Of a stretch of 64,000 bases of DNA, positions 62,721-64,000 are shown piece by piece. Source of the stretch: Eledone cirrhosa (Eukaryota). The stretch is taken from the NCBI GenBank assembly GCA_964016885.1, contig OZ024755.1, positions 30,938,001 to 31,002,000 of the forward strand, written 5' to 3'. Every line of letters starts with the position of its first letter. Within the stretch, counting starts at the first letter, position 1. A program made the translations under genes and the position numbers. The notes beneath the pieces are model-generated. The model saw only the letters and a list, made by a program, of their open reading frames with translations. It did no database searches and had not been told where the DNA came from.

Positions 62721-63936
62721 AGATGAGGATGAGAGCTGGAATTGAATCTCAAACTCAATTTATATGTAGGATATCTCCATCACATCACCAATCACAACAA
62801 ACATACATCTATGGTGATCATATATGTCAGCTTTAATGTGGCTTACACAGTTCCAAACACTGGATAAGCCAGTCTATTTTTCTTCTCATATAAAATATTT
62901 CATATGGTCACAGATATGGAATGTGTATTTTTGCTGACTATACTGTGTGTGTGTGTATGGACACACTTTAATCTACTTAATATCTATAAGGTCAATGTCT
63001 ATTTAAAACTAACATTCAGTACCCTAAGCTAAGACACTATATTGTACTTGCTTCATTCAACCATTCACACTAATCACAGATGAGTTATCACCTTCAATCA
63101 ATATGCAGCTCAACAGTTTTTTTATAAATCTGATTCAGACTGAATTGTTTTTATTCTCTTAATTCATGTTCCAACCTATACCAGCATGGAAAGTAGGCAG
63201 AAAACGATGATGATGGTGATGGTTTAGAGATAGAACAATGATGGTGATGGTTTAGTGAGAGAACAAATCCATAGAATGATGATGATGATGTTTTAGTTAG
63301 AGAACAAACCTATAGAATGATGATGATGATGTTTTAGTTAGAGAACAAACCTATAGAATGATGATGATGGTTTAGTGAGAGAACAAACCCATAGAATGAT
63401 GGTGATGATGGTTGTTGCCACGACCCTGTTACATGACCTTCCCAACTTTTGAGAAAGAAGAAGGAAGAAATGGAACTGATTGTCAGATAGAACCAAAGAA
63501 ACTATATTTCCATTGGTCTTTCTTTTACTGATACTATCTACCAGTGGTAACTCCTGGCAGGATATCTCTGATTTTCCAAGGACAAGAGGAGATGACAAAG
63601 GACCGTGACGAATGGAGAGATGCTGTGCTGAATAGGACCCGTCCCACCTTTGCAAGCAGGGAAAAGCAGACGTAAAATGATGATGATGATGAAGAAGCAG
63701 AATTAGGACTTCGATTTCACAAAGCCATAACAAATACCACAAAACATCCCATTTGATTCTGCCAATTCACCACCCCTGGACTTGTACTTTATTTCTAAAA
63801 CCCAAATGGCTGAAAGGAAAAGTTGACTTTAGTGGAAATTGAACACTGAACCAGAACATGTGGCAATATTCTTTTTTTAAGTTAGAAAGAAATATAAAAA
63901 TTCAAATAAAAAATCAACTTAAAAACATTAGCTTAC

Positions 63937-64000
63937 CTGCAATTAGAGGTTTTACAGGTGTGGTAATAGGGAGACCTTTCCCAATTGGGGCATTGACATA
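63937..64000 (-). CDS. ADHFE1: ADHFE1 exon, truncated by the window edge
   Basis: YVNAPIGKGLPITTPVKPLIA(V), donor G|gtaagc. The nine exons sum to 930 nt in one open frame. Confidence 0.95.

Overview
Eukaryotic, AT-rich, microsatellite- and SINE-dense animal genomic DNA. The repeat landscape resembles an octopod cephalopod, but that assignment is inference. I reconstructed three spliced protein-coding genes by hand, each with GT-AG junctions and consistent reading phase. (1) A 2-coding-exon class A GPCR of melatonin-receptor-like type (NRY motif) on the minus strand, 1526-5545, 426 aa. (2) A complete 4-exon mitochondrial ribosomal protein MRPL50 on the plus strand, 20426-30337, 220 aa. (3) The last nine coding exons of ADHFE1 (hydroxyacid-oxoacid transhydrogenase) on the minus strand, 33643 to beyond 64000. 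Introns hold two large tandem arrays. A ~3.5 kb 27/28-bp minisatellite lies in MRPL50 intron 1. A ~13.5 kb, ~171-copy 79-bp satellite lies in an ADHFE1 intron, stays in exact register, and has nested higher-order repeats; each unit carries a strong 3' splice-site-like sequence on the transcribed strand. Other elements are tRNA-derived SINEs, RTE and CRE LINE fragments, Penelope-like fragments with hammerhead-ribozyme motifs and fold-back ends, a defective maT/mariner transposon, piggyBac and Merlin relics, hAT/pogo/piggyBac MITEs and Helitron-like pieces. There is no CRISPR array, and the many 73-aa ORFs are satellite artefacts. Repeat boundaries are approximate; exon boundaries were read base by base.
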